From assembly GCA_028534125.1 (NCBI GenBank), contig CM052817.1, forward strand, positions 36,024,001 to 36,088,000: 64,000 nucleotides of DNA, in the 5' to 3' direction. Positions within the stretch are counted from its first letter, which is position 1; every line of letters starts with the position of its first letter. Position numbers and translations under genes: made by a program. Shown here in pieces: positions 39,095 through 51,280 of the stretch. Source of the DNA: Lama glama. Lineage: Eukaryota. Below the pieces are notes generated by a model that was given only the letters and a program-made list of their open reading frames with translations, was not told the DNA's origin and ran no database searches.

Positions 39095-40035
39095 ACCTTT
39101 GGTTTCAAACAACAGACAAACACAATTCCAACTTAGTTAAGCAACAAGGGGAATTTATTGACTTGGTACCAAAAGTCCTAGAAATACTGTGAGTTCTGAC
39201 AAAGCTTTACTACATAGCTTAATAACGTTTACCGAGGACCTCACTGCTTTCCATCTTTTTGAATTACATGGTGTCCGCTTCATGTTACAAGGACCAACCC
39301 CTCTTACAGCCCCAAGATGGCTGCCAGCGGCTTTGAGGGCTATGTGCTACCAATTGAGAGGTGTGAAGGGTATGAGATTTTACCCTATTTGCAAGCTGAC
39401 AAGTTAATCTGCCAGTTTCATGGATGCTACTAGAAGACATGAGACTCCTAGGTCTGAGATGAAGGACACTTTATTACTCTCAGCAGTAGCAATAGCCAGC
39501 ATTTCTTATGCTGATTAGCCAAATCCCACTTCCCGCAGAGTGATATCTTAGCAGTCAGTTGTGTTACTGGAGAGGTATTCTGAATTCAGGGAACCTGAAT
39601 CTTTTATAATGGGCAGTGAGCATGACTGCCCTTTGCTCCAGAAGGAGATGCTATCTCTGTTTTCCAAGGCTATAAGGAAACCGGCCTCTACTTCAGATGC
39701 AGAGTCTATCTTGTCTTCCAAGGCTGTTCATTATACAAACACCTTGGAAAGATAATTCAGAACAAAGGCAGTCAATGCCTCTGCTTAAGACCCACAGAAA
39801 CATAAGAGACCTGTAAAGAATTCTCTCCCATCTCTACTATGTTCAGTTAAACAAGAGAGAACCTTTGACTGTGGCTTGGAGATAGGCGTGCCCTTATTGG
39901 CTTAGTCTAGTCACATGATCCACCCCAGAGCCACCTTCTTCGGAACCCCATGGCACACCGCTAGAAATCAGGGACATTGGCAGAGAAGAAGGAGGGATAT
40001 GAGCACTGAGAAGGCAACCCCACATTTTCTATTCC
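39095..40035 (-). mobile_element. MLT1-type LTR relic split by LTR40
   Basis: ggtttcaaacaacagac...ggggaatttattgact...caagatggctgccagc, resuming attggcttagtctagtcacatgatccacccc after 39833. Confidence 0.65.
39362..39833 (-). mobile_element. LTR40-like ERVL solo LTR
   Basis: Reverse complement starts tgggagagaattctttacaggtctc...gcagaggcattgactgcctttgttctg and ends ...gggtaaaatctcatacccttcaca. Confidence 0.8.
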
Positions 40036-40169
40036 ACACACTCTGTTTAATGAATATTAAAGTTAGAAGATGAAAAAAGTGTGAATGTAATATAGGGCCT
40101 TATATTATCAGTAAAGGTTAGTGTTTGAGGGAGTTTCAATCCAAAAATATATTAGTATCACCCTAGTCT

Positions 40170-40670
40170 TTTGTCCTCAACATGGCCAGAATAGCTATTA
40201 TAAAGTGCTTCCTTCACCACTGAATACTGAGTAAAAGTCAGACCATTCAGCACGGTACACGTGCTTTGAACAGTCAGACTTCAGAGCAGTCCTTCAGCCT
40301 CAGCTCTTGCCCCCACCTCTCTGTTCCCCTCTGTGCCCAGTCATTTCAGGTTTCTTATTTTGTACCTTTGTTCCTGTTATTATCTGAAAGGCCTTCCCCT
40401 CTCACCACTGTCTAGGCAGAATTAATCATATGCCTTGATTAGATGCTCAGATAACAGTGCACACATTATACATTCCTTACTTAACACTTCTGTCTTATTC
40501 CCAGTGCTTGGCATAGTTCATGTGTATATATTCATGCAGTTATATGATTAATATTTGTCTTCCCTACTATACTGCAAGCTCCAGGGTGCAAAAATCAGGT
40601 CTCATTTATTCTCCCTTGTATGTTTAGTGCCTTATAGGTGGTAAGTGCTCAGTAAATGTCTGTTGCCATG
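40170..40670 (+). mobile_element. L2 3' region
   Basis: tgtcttccctactatactgcaagctccaggg...gtaagtgctcagtaaatgtctgttg. Confidence 0.7.
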
Positions 40671-40689
40671 GAATGTTTTTAAAAATACA

Positions 40690-40940
40690 AGAGGCATGGC
40701 GGTGTAACAGTTAAGGTTGCTGACTCTTTCATCAGATTGCCAGAAATTCAAGTACTAGATTCATCACTTACTAGTGGGGTGACCTTGGGCAAGTTTCTTC
40801 TCTATCTCGATTCTCCTATCAATAAAATGGAAATAATAGTACCTATTTCATAGTTATTTTTAATGGAGAATGATAAAATATACATGCCACGCTTAAACAT
40901 TGTGCCTCCTATTTAGTAAGCACCCAGCAGTTAGCTGTTA
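40690..40940 (+). mobile_element. MIR, near full length
   Basis: cacttactagtggggtgaccttgggcaagttt...aaaatggaaataatagtacctatttcatag. Confidence 0.9.
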
Positions 40941-41214
40941 CTGCACTTGTGCTTTGTTCCTGGAGGCAAGAGTCTGTGTGTCTGTCTCCCTGCTAGACAG
41001 CCTTCTTCTTTAAGACTGCAGCCAGCATCATTAATGGTGCCAGGGCCTAGCCTGAGGCCCAGCATGTCATAATTGTTAATAAATGCTTATTAAATTGCAT
41101 TGTTGTCAAATTTGAAGAATGCTGTCTAAGATTAAATCACTCGGTTAATTTGGTAATAGTGACATGTTGTCCCAAGTTCTGAAGTCCTTTATTGTGTTTG
41201 TTAATTACTAAAAT

Positions 41215-41430
41215 TAATAGCTCTCACTTCTGTCTTTTATTATGTGCTTACTCTCTCCCCGGCACTAATGGAACACAAATTATCTCATTTAATTTCCATC
41301 ACGTCTTATGAGGTGTAGGTTTTTAATTATACAGATGAGGCAATACAGCTTTAGAGAAGTTAGGGGACTTGCCTAAAATCATGCAGCTAGCAACAGGAGA
41401 AATACATAGAGTCAAAGCCAGTTTCTCCCC
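41215..41430 (-). mobile_element. MIR
   Basis: tatctcatttaat...atacagatgaggcaatacagctttagagaagttaggggacttgcctaa. Confidence 0.8.
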
Positions 41431-42719
41431 CATAAATTAATATGTTATAAAATACTCACTTATATTTATGACCATGGAAATTGTTTTTAATCCTTTGAGA
41501 ATGGGTGTTTTACTAAAACTATATAACTGGTGACGCCTCATAGTTTGGTTACACTGAGCAGCACCCCAGTGGAGATTGTTTTCACAGAGACCCCACTGAC
41601 TCTGGGCCTTGTAATTCCCAGGTGGCTTTGTGGACGAGGGTTCATTAGTTTCAGAGTTTGCCAAAAGGAATACAAAACATTCCATCAGCTTTCTTTGTTT
41701 ACAGTAAGGACTGCATTAAAAGAAAGCTTGGACTACAAATAGCATTTTTTTTATTCCTTTAATCATTTTTTGGCAGTCATGCTCACAACACACATTGACA
41801 AATACATGCAGATAGAAATGTGCTGCCCTGCTCACCAAAACAGCGCCTCCAGAGAGAGCTTTAAAGGCAATATCCCTTCGCTGTTTTTGATGTGAGAGCT
41901 GCTTTTCCTTCCCCTGAAAGCTATACCTTTATTTATGGACTTAGGGTAGAAATGCAAACAGATCACCAGGTAATAGTCATACTGTTCACAGACATAGAAG
42001 AAGTAATGATTTCTAAGAGTTTTCCAGAGGAAGAAGCTCAGCTGCTGCTGAACACTATGTGAAGTCATACAGCCCAGAAGCCTGTGAATAACTTCTCTTT
42101 CCATGAAGAGTTAACTCTGATTTTTGGAGAAACCTAGGGTGTGTTACACTAACCCCCCATATCTATGCTTTGAAGAGTAAGATAGTCTTTTTAAGAACTC
42201 ACTCATGATGTTACCAAAAGACATTTTCACATTTGAATAGTACTTTGATGAACTCATATGATTAGTTCTTAGAAAAGGGAATATAATTACTTTCTGAAAA
42301 TTTTATTTTGTTGCATTTAAATATAAAGAACTTGTAGGGAAAAACTGATCATAGTTTTATAATATATAATTTATAAGTAAATCTGATTTCATCAGCTCTG
42401 TGTTTTGAGGAGGGAGAATAGCCAACAAAGTAATTTATAAATGTTTTCATAAAGAAAATATGATATCGAATGCTCGTTAATCACCTTTTTGCCGAAGAGT
42501 TATAGGCAGAGGAGACAACAATAACAAAGGCATACTCTTGGGCATCACTCAGTCTCATGAGGCTGAACAAGCAATGACAATACAGGAATAAAGAAGCTAA
42601 TATCTGCTGCCTTAAATCCCAACCGTCTCTAAAACCAGCAGGCTACTCACTGCTTGTCTACTCCAGCATCTGAACCGAGCTGGAGAGACCCACAAACCTA
42701 AGCTGCTATCTCACTCTAT

Positions 42720-44730
42720 CTTTTTATTATTGAGATATAATTGACATATAATATTGTATTCATTTTAGGTGTGCAACATAGTGATTTGAGATATATGCAG
42801 TTGACCCTTGAACAACACAAATTTGAACTGCTTGGGTCACTTACGCGAGGATCTTTTTTTCCATAACTACGTGGTACAGGACCACATAATCCACAGTGGA
42901 CTGAATCACCGACATGGAACCACAGATATGGAGCGCCCCCCTATAAAGTTAAATACAAATTTTCATTGGCATTCCTGACCCCATGTTGTTCAAGGGATAA
43001 CTGTGTATGTTGTGAAATGACTACCACAGTAAATTTAGTTAATGTCCATCACCATACATAGTTCCTTTTTTTTTTAATTTCTGATGAGAACTTTTAGGAT
43101 CTACCTTTTTTAGCACCATTCAAACATACAACGCAGTATTGTTAACTGTAGTCACCATGCTGTACATTGCAGCCTTGGGACTTATTGTATACCTGGAAGT
43201 TTCTAATTTTGACCACTTCACCCATTTCACCTAATTTGCCCACCTCCTACCCTCAGCCTCTGGCAACTACTGGTCTGTTCTCTATATCTTACGGATTCAT
43301 TATTTTTTTAAGATTCCACATGTAAGTGAGATCATACAGTATTTGTCTTTCTCTGACTTATTTCACTTAGCATGATGTTTTCAAGGTCAATCCATCTGCA
43401 CCAACAGGACTTCCTTTTTTATGGCTGAATAACATTTCATTGTGTGTGCTTATATGTGTGTATATATAATCATATTTTATTTATGCAATTTTCTGTCCGT
43501 GGACACTTAGACTGTTTCCATGTTTTAACCATTGTAAATAATGCTACAGTGAACATAGGTTTGCAGGTACCTTTTTTAAGATCGTGATTTCATTTTCTTT
43601 GGATAAATATCCAGCAGTGGAATTGCTGGATCCTATGGTAGTTCTATTTTTAATTTTTTGAGGAACCTCCATAATGCTTTCCATAATGGCTGCACCAATT
43701 TACATTTCCCCAGCAGTGCACGAGGGTTCCCTTTTCTCCACATCCTTGGCAACAATTATTTCTTGTTTTTTTGGCAATAGCAGTCTAACAGATATGACGT
43801 GATAGCTCACTTGCAGTTTTGATTTTTATTTCCTTGATGATCAGTTGAGTACCTTTCCATATACCTGTTGGCCATCTGTCTGTCTGTCTGTGGAAAAGTT
43901 CAGTTCCTCTGCTCATTTTCTAATTGAATTTTATATATTTTGGATATTAACCCTTTATCAGATACATGATTTGCAAATATTTTTTCCTTTTCAGTAGGTT
44001 ACCTTTTCATTTTATAGATTTCCTGTGCTATACAGAAGTTATTTAGTTTGATGTAGTCCTACTTGTCTGTTTTTGCTTTTGTTGCCTTTGCTTTTGGTGT
44101 CAAATCCAAAAATGATTTTTAAGACTGATGTAAAGCAGCTTACCGCTGATGTTTTCTTCAAGGAGTTTTATGGTTTCAGGTCTTACGTTCAAGTCTCTGA
44201 TCTGTTTTGAATTTATTTTTGTGTATGGTGTAAGATAGTGGTCCAGTGTCATTCTTTTCCATGTGGCTGTCCAGTTTTCTCAACACTGTTTATTGAAGAT
44301 ACTGTTCTATTCCTATTGTATATTCTTGTCTCCTTTGTCAGAAATTAATTGACCAGGTAAGAATGAGTTTATTTCTGAGCTCTCTTTTCTGTTCCATTGA
44401 TCTATGTGTCTGTTTTTATGCCAATAATATATTGTTTTAATTACTGTGGTTTTGTAATATAATTTGAGATCAGAAAGTGTGATGCATCCAGCTTTGTTCT
44501 TCTTTCTCAAGATTGCTTTGGCTGTTTCAGAGTCTTTTGTGGTTTCTTACACATTTTAGGATTTTTTTTTCTATTTCTGTGAAATATGTCATTGAAATTT
44601 TGATATAGATTGCATTGGATCTGTACATTGCCTTGGGTATTATGGATATTTTAACAATATTAATTCTTCCTACCCATGAGCATATCTTTCCTTTTATTTG
44701 TATCTGCTTCAGTTTTTCATCAGTGTGCTA
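42720..44730 (-). mobile_element. L1MA9-like 3' 2 kb (ORF2 C-terminus + 3'UTR)
   Basis: ttattgagatataattgacatataata terminus; ORF 44313-44510 [39 protein letters not shown] is L1 ORF2. Confidence 0.93.
42798..43003. mobile_element. MER8/Tigger2-derived MITE inserted in the L1
   Basis: TIRs cagttgacccttgaacaaca / tgttgttcaagggataactg. Confidence 0.9.
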
Positions 44731-45048
44731 AGAGGTTTGTTACTTGTTTGGGCCACAGTGTGAATCTGTAATCAATCTGATCTTTTATATTTCAAGATGA
44801 ACTCTTTTTCATTTGTGAAATTTTTGGCTTTTCACATGCGAGTAATTTTTCTAACAAACTAAGGTAAAACAATTGTATCCTAAAGTACAGATTTACTCTA
44901 AATTTTAGATCAGGGTGAGATTTTAATTAGTTATAACTTTAACATTGATCCAGTTTTATAGAAAAAAAAAAGAGAGAGGAAGGTATGTGCAGAAACTAAC
45001 CCCATAAAATTCCCTAAAACATGTTGATAGTTTTCTCAAAAAAATGAC

Positions 45049-45155
45049 ATCTCTATTTCTCCCAGTCCTGTGGAGCTGCTACAATTTCTGGGGGAAATAG
45101 AGATTTCACTCTTAAATGGCACACACAAAATATCACGTGCACTGGGACCAAGAGC
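45049..45155. mobile_element. L1 5'UTR-like fragment with fold-back inversion
   Basis: atctctatttctcccag (45049-45065) is the reverse complement (16/17) of ctgggggaaatagagat (45088-45104). The following text ttcactcttaaatggcacacacaaaatatcacgtgcactgggacc resembles recalled artiodactyl L1 5'UTR. Confidence 0.6.
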
Positions 45156-45161
45156 CCTCCT

Positions 45162-45287
45162 ACTTCCTCACTGGGCAGGTAACTCCAACTGTGCCTCAGT
45201 TTCTCCAGCTGTGAAATAGTAGTAATAAAATCCCCTACCTCTTTGTATTGTTGTGAGAATTAAATGGGTTAATTTATGTAAATCTCT
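45162..45287 (+). repeat. 126-bp copy of the MIR segment at 48473-48598
   Basis: Ungapped manual alignment, 116/126 identical. Confidence 0.92.
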
Positions 45288-46615
45288 GACTTAAATCACA
45301 ATAATCCATCTCTTAGGGTAATGGAAATAAAAACAAAAATAAACAAATGAGACTTAATTAAACTTAAGAGCTTTTACACAGCAAAAAGACGCCATAAACA
45401 AAACAAAAAGACAACCTGGAGAGAGGGTATAGCTCAAGAGGTAGAGCACATACTTAGCCTGCAGGAGGTCATGGGTTCAATCCCTGGTACCTCCTCTAAA
45501 GTTAATAAAATAAATTACCTCTTCCCCCACACCCCGCCAAAGACAACCTACAGAATGGGGGGAAATATTTGAAAATGATGTGCTGACAAGGGATTAATTT
45601 TCAAAATATACAAATAGCTCATACAGCTCAATTACAGAAAAACAAACAACCCAGTCAAAAAATGGGCAGAAGATACAAATAGACATTTCTCCAAAGAAGA
45701 CATACAGATAGCCAACAGGCACAGTCAGCACCACTAACTATTAGAGAAATGCAAATCGAATCTACAATGAGGTATCACTTCACACCACTCAGAATGGCCA
45801 TCACCAAAAGTCTACAAATAATTAATGCTAGAGAGGGTGTGAAGATAAAGGAACCCTCCTACACTGTTGGTGGGAATTCAAATTGGTGCAGCCACTATTG
45901 AGAACAGTGTATGGAGATTCCTTTAAAAACTGAGGATGGACTTACCATTTCACCTAGAATTCCACTCCTGGGCATATGTCTGGAGAAAACTAAATTTGAA
46001 AAGATACATTCACCCCATTTTTCATTGCAGCACTATTTACAATAGCCAAGACATGCAAGCAACCTAAACGTGCATCAACAGATTAATGGGTAAAGAAGTA
46101 GTGTGTGCATAAATATATACCTACATACACAATGAAATACTACTTAGCCATAAAAAATAATGAAATAATGCCATTTGCAGCAACATGGAAGAACCTAGAG
46201 ATTATCATACTAAGTTAAGTCAGAGAAAGACAAATATATGATATCACTTATATGTAGAATCTAAAAAAATGATACAAATGAACTTATTTACAGAATAAGA
46301 CTGTGAAGAAATAGACTCACAGACATAGAAAACAAACTTATGGTTACCAAAAGGGAAAAGGGTGGAGGAGGGATAAATTAGGAGTTTGGTATTATCATGT
46401 ATACACTACTATATGTAAGACAGATAAACAACAAAGACCTACTGTATAGCACAGGGAACTATACTTAGTTTCTTGTAATAACCTATAATGAAAAAGAATA
46501 TGAAAAAGAATATATATATGTACATACACACATATATATGAAATTGAATCACTTTGCTGTACACCTGAAACTGACACAATATTGTAAATTAATTATAATT
46601 TAGCTTTTTAAAAAA
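45283..46615 (+). mobile_element. 5'-truncated artiodactyl-type L1 (ORF2 C-terminus + 3'UTR)
   Basis: gtaatggaaataaaaacaaaaataaacaaatg...agacatttctccaaagaagacatacag...gaatcactttgctgtacacctgaaactgacacaatattgtaaat. Confidence 0.93.
45418..45538 (+). mobile_element. tRNA-Ala-derived camelid-type SINE inserted in the L1, 11-bp TSD
   Basis: gggtatagctcaagaggtagagc (A box) ... gggttcaatccc (B box). TSD aaagacaacct at 45407-45417 and 45539-45549. Confidence 0.93.
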
Positions 46616-47814
46616 GATTATAATCTTGATAATAAAATTTATCATTTCTTAAATTGGTTGACTAAGAACAACAACAAAAAACCCTGGAATATTAATTAGT
46701 TCACACTATAGCTGACACATAATAGATCAAATTATAAGGAAAATTGCTGCCATTTAGTAAGCAAACTCCAGTTTTGAAAACAAAAGTTTAACTTTTTTGC
46801 ATAAAAACAAAGATTTTTTTTTCTTTTTGCTAATTTAGGGGTTTTAAAAATTTTTTTAAGCTAGATATTCTTATCTTTAACAAAAAAAAGAATCAGAGCT
46901 AAACATGTCCTTTCTGGTAGTTACTTTAACATTCTTCTTAGGAAGATGATGAGTTTAATGAGTGTGAGGGAAAAGCAAGAGACTTTGTCCTCCTTCATAC
47001 AAATGACAAGTGGAGGACAGAAAAAGTCAAGGATATTAAAGACGTGTAATGAACTTTATTTAGAAAGTCTAAATGTTAAAAATGAACTTTTCTGCTTTCA
47101 TCCTTTTTTTCACAATCTTCTTTTATCTTTGAGCCTTGAATGTATTCTCTGCCCTGTTCTAATCTTCAAAGTACTTGATGATGGAAAGAGCAGACTTAAA
47201 ATTTTTGTAACTGACCAGTGCTTAGGGTGACTCCAGACATTAAAGTTTATTATGCTAAACTTTTATTAAACATTATGTATTGCTAATATTATTTCATAAT
47301 AGTGTGCTAAATTGTACGTTTTCCTGCAGTTGATTCACATGCACATCGCTTTTCTGGGAAGAAACTTAAAATAATCAGGAAACACTCTTCCCCTACGCAA
47401 AAGGAAGGGAGCTATGAACTGCAGAGACAGGTCCCATCCAGTAAACTGCTTCTGATTCACCTGCCTTTCCCTTGTTTCAGTGCTGCAGGGCAGACAGTTC
47501 CTGCCCTACACTCGCCCATGGGACTGCGGACACTGTTGTACCCTCAGTGACAAATTAATATGGATAAATATTAGGTTAAGGCACTAATTCGTTTTTCCTA
47601 TGTCTTTTATTTTTAGTCACATCAGTGTGTCAGGGTAAATCAGAGCCTGATATCACAGAGGTTTTTTTGGTGCTAGATTCTTTGTTCAGTTTTTAAAGAT
47701 GAGATCATCTTAAAACATTTGTAGTGCTGACTATGGCAAAATTTGTTTTTTGGCCTCTGAAATTTACTCCTTTTTTTCTGGGAATGCGTCTATTTCTGTT
47801 TTTTGTATATGTAT

Positions 47815-47922
47815 ATTTTTTATTTAAGTATAGTCAGTTTACAATATTGTGTCAGTTTCTCTTGTACAGCATAGTTCTTCATTCATACATGAACATTCAT
47901 ATATTTGTTTTCATATTCTTTT
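47815..47922 (-). mobile_element. Short lineage-specific L1 3' end
   Basis: tttaagtatagtcagtttacaatattgtgtcagtttc...ttttcatattcttttt; possible TSD tgtatatttt. Confidence 0.85.
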
Positions 47923-48404
47923 TGAAATCTCTTCTTGTATATTTTAAGCATGCTGATGCTCCAAGCCTTACTGGAGATACATAACTATCTCTATGCATTT
48001 TCATTTGCTAACTGAGCTCACACCGTATTATATATCATAACAAAATTATTTCACAGTCTCATTAAAAACTTTGTAGATATTTTAATGGCTGAATAATCTT
48101 TCACTATCTAGATGTAGCAATTATCTGTTATAGTAATTTGGTGATTTAGAATGGTTATATTTTGGCCTGTTAAAAATAAAAATCTAATGAACACATTTTC
48201 CATGTCATTTCTTCATATCTGATTATTCTTTCTAAGACTGTATTTCTAGAATGGTTCAGTGGATGCCAGAGGGATAAACTTAAGGAAAGTTTTAACTACT
48301 AATGCCCCCTAAAAAAGAAGAAAATGGGTTGCATTATCGGATATAAAGTGGCTTTTATCCCAAAATGCCCTTTCTTCTTGCAGTTCTCCTGTGTAACATA
48401 TGAC

Positions 48405-48640
48405 CACGTAAGAGAGTGGTGGTGAGCACAGTCCTGGCACCCAGCTGTCTGGGTTGTAGCTGTGGCTCTGCCACTTCCTCTCTGGACAGGTAACTCCAAC
48501 CGTGCCTCAGTTTCCCCAGCTGTGAAATGGTGGTAATAAAATCCCTTGCCTCTTTGGGTTGTTGTGAGAATTAAATGGGTTAATTTATGTAAATCTCTCG
48601 GCAGTGTGCCTAGCACAGAGTCATTGCTCACCCAGTGTTT
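48405..48640 (+). mobile_element. MIR, near full length
   Basis: gtggtgagcacag...ctgtctgggttgtagctgtggctctgccactt...gcctcagtttcccc...gtgcctagcacagagt. Confidence 0.9.
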
Positions 48641-49377
48641 GTTTATACCAGTAACAGCCACGGCATCTAAGAGAATATATCTTAATTTTACATTTTCAGA
48701 TTTTCCTTTTGTTTGTACTCCTCTGGCATCTCAAATACTAAGGCAGCTCACATTACTTCTTAAGACTATTTCATACCTGCAAATACATGCATGGAATGTG
48801 CTTTCTTTAAGATTCCTAGAATTGTTTGTATTTTAGTTGTACACGTAAATCACACCGCATGTGCCTGGATCTTTATCTCAAACAGCCAATTGCAGAATTC
48901 TCAGCAAAATGTTTTTTGTAGATGGTTTGAGGGCTTTCACAGTTTTCGCCTTCAAGTACAAAAGTTATCTCAAAGAAATCACTAAAATGAAGGAGCACAG
49001 TGTGGTGTGAGCTAGTGGATATCTCCAGTGAAAAGAGAGAGCTGTCCACCCCAGCCAGTGTCCCAAATCCTTGGCCAGTTCCCCACAGTAGCCACGCAGT
49101 GTGAGGAGGCGGCAGGTGGACCTCTGCAAGCACATTCACTCTGTTTGTTTCAAATAAGGCTTTTATCTTTATTTCAGTAAGTCCCTGCCCCACAGAGCTG
49201 GGCTGAACCTCAGAGTCACTAGCGCCCCTTGTGTGGACAAGGCAGGCCTGTGTGGCCTCCTTGACCCATCCCTGCTAAACTCAGAGCTGATCTTGGCCCC
49301 TTCTATCTCAACAAGCCAACGGCAAAAAGGGAAGACGGAGCCAGAAGAGAAGTGCATGGAGAGAGGCACTACCTGCA

Positions 49378-49574
49378 TAGCGATTTCCTCTCCCCATTCC
49401 CTCTGCAGGACACTTCGGACCAGGTAGCTCTTTGTCCTGGCAGGCTGTCCAGCACATTGTAGAATGTCTGTCAGCCATAGCTCTGGCCTCTACCCACTGG
49501 ATTCCCTCACACTTGCCTGGTCATGATAACCAACAGTGTCTCCGGACAAAATTGGCCCTGGGTGAGAACCGCTG
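49378..49574. mobile_element. MER20-like hAT-Charlie element
   Basis: ggctgtccagcacattgtagaatg...ctggcctctacccactgga...tgtctccggaca...ggtgagaaccgctg. Confidence 0.8.
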
Positions 49575-51138
49575 CTCTAAGGCCACACTGTAACAGCATG
49601 TCCCTTGTATCCTTGGCCTTGGCCGACTGGTGTCATACTCCTCAGAGAGTTCTGTGATGAAAGGGGCTTTGAGCGCCCTCTCAGAGTCCACCACTGAACT
49701 CCGTGCTGTCTGAAAGGACACCTAGAGGCATAAAAATGAAACGACTCCTCTACCAGCATTACAAGGCCAAGGCCCAAACCCTGGGTTCCTAAAAAGCTCA
49801 GTTCCAACTAAAGTAGAGAAAGTGATGCCTTCCTTTTTCTCAAAGTTAATACAGTAGTAGTAAAATGAATTATATCAGTAAAACAGCAGGTTTTAAAATC
49901 TTATCTCTGTATTCATTTTTCTTATAGTCATCATTTCTGTGTTGAAAATGAACGGTCTTCAAGGTACATCTTCAAGAAGATCATTAATCACCTTTAAAAA
50001 TGTGCATTCCTTTTAAAATGTGTGTATGTATTCCGTAGTTCTGGTCATCTCAGAGTTACTAAGCTCCTTTTTGTAACAATTTTGTTCTCTCATAAACTTC
50101 ACATAGTATTTTCATGTTCTGTGCACAAGCTCAATTCTTTGTACTCCTTTGATATAAGTAATGAGTTGATATTTTAAAGTCTATGATTAATGACAATCTT
50201 ATCTATGTTATTTCTGTAGAAATTAAATCATCAGTAAAAACACTTAGATTCTAAGTGTAGCTGATGTGGTGGTTGGCATCTGAAGTCTATTACGGCGTTA
50301 TGCAATCTGTCGTAATGTAAACTGGCAAGATGGAATAAGCTGTGTATTACCATTTTTTTTACTTTGGAATATTTTTTACATAAATCGTTGAAACAAATTT
50401 AGAATCCAAAATTATCACTAAACCTAAAATGTCATGTCCTTATCTTAACATCATGAAATATTGCCAAACAACTGGTCTTCTAAATAGTTTTAATTTAGTT
50501 TTTAGTTTTAATATTGAGAGAAAATTAAGTCTAGATGTTAGCTAACTAGTTGGAAATCTTACTACTTTTTCAGTGTTTTTCTATTGATTTTTTATGTCTA
50601 TTCTTATGAAAGATCACATGCAAAAGGAACCCCTTTATGAAATATATAATATTATATATTTATACTTTTCATGGTCTCTTGCTGTTTATCTGAGTATTTC
50701 TTTTAGATGTATTCTTGGCATGTATATCTATGAATTATAGTTAGTTCATAATTCTTAAAAAATTTTCCTTTGGTTTTCATGAGCTTATGAGTGCTCTATA
50801 GAGAAATACAACTGAACAATTAATTGGTAATCATCAGATTTGGGCAAATTGTACACAATATTAATAAAAGCTAGCTTTTATTTGGTTTTTATTTTGTGTT
50901 AAATGTAACTCTTTGCTAAATTATTTGTATGTAATCCTCATAGTGGTATGAATTTATTAAACATTTACATTCATAATTGTCCCTGAATTACTTTTTTTAG
51001 TTGTCCATTATCCTAGCCTCTTGGTCAGTCAGTATCTTGGGAACATCTTAAAGTGTGTTGTCTGACATTATTTATTAGTGGGTTTAAAACTTTGCTAGAC
51101 TTTTTGGTAAAAATGTTAAAAATAATAATAAAGAAAGT

Positions 51139-51280
51139 GGGGAGGGAAATAGCTCAGTGGCAGAGCACATGCTTAGTGTGCATGAGGTCCTGGGTTCACT
51201 CCCCAGTACCTCCGTTAAAAAATCAATAAGTAAAAATAAACAAATGAAATAAATAAAATGTTTAAAAATGAAGAAGAGAG
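51139..51280 (+). mobile_element. tRNA-Ala-derived camelid-type SINE
   Basis: ggggagggaaatagctcagtggcagagcacatgcttagtgtgcatgaggtcctgggttcactccccagtacctcc plus A-rich tail. Confidence 0.92.

Noticed and set aside
51139..51214. tRNA-Ala-like cloverleaf (also 45418 and 37534)
   Set aside because: A-rich tails, a TSD in one copy, extra 5' bases and stem or anticodon mutations mark them as SINEs rather than tRNA genes.
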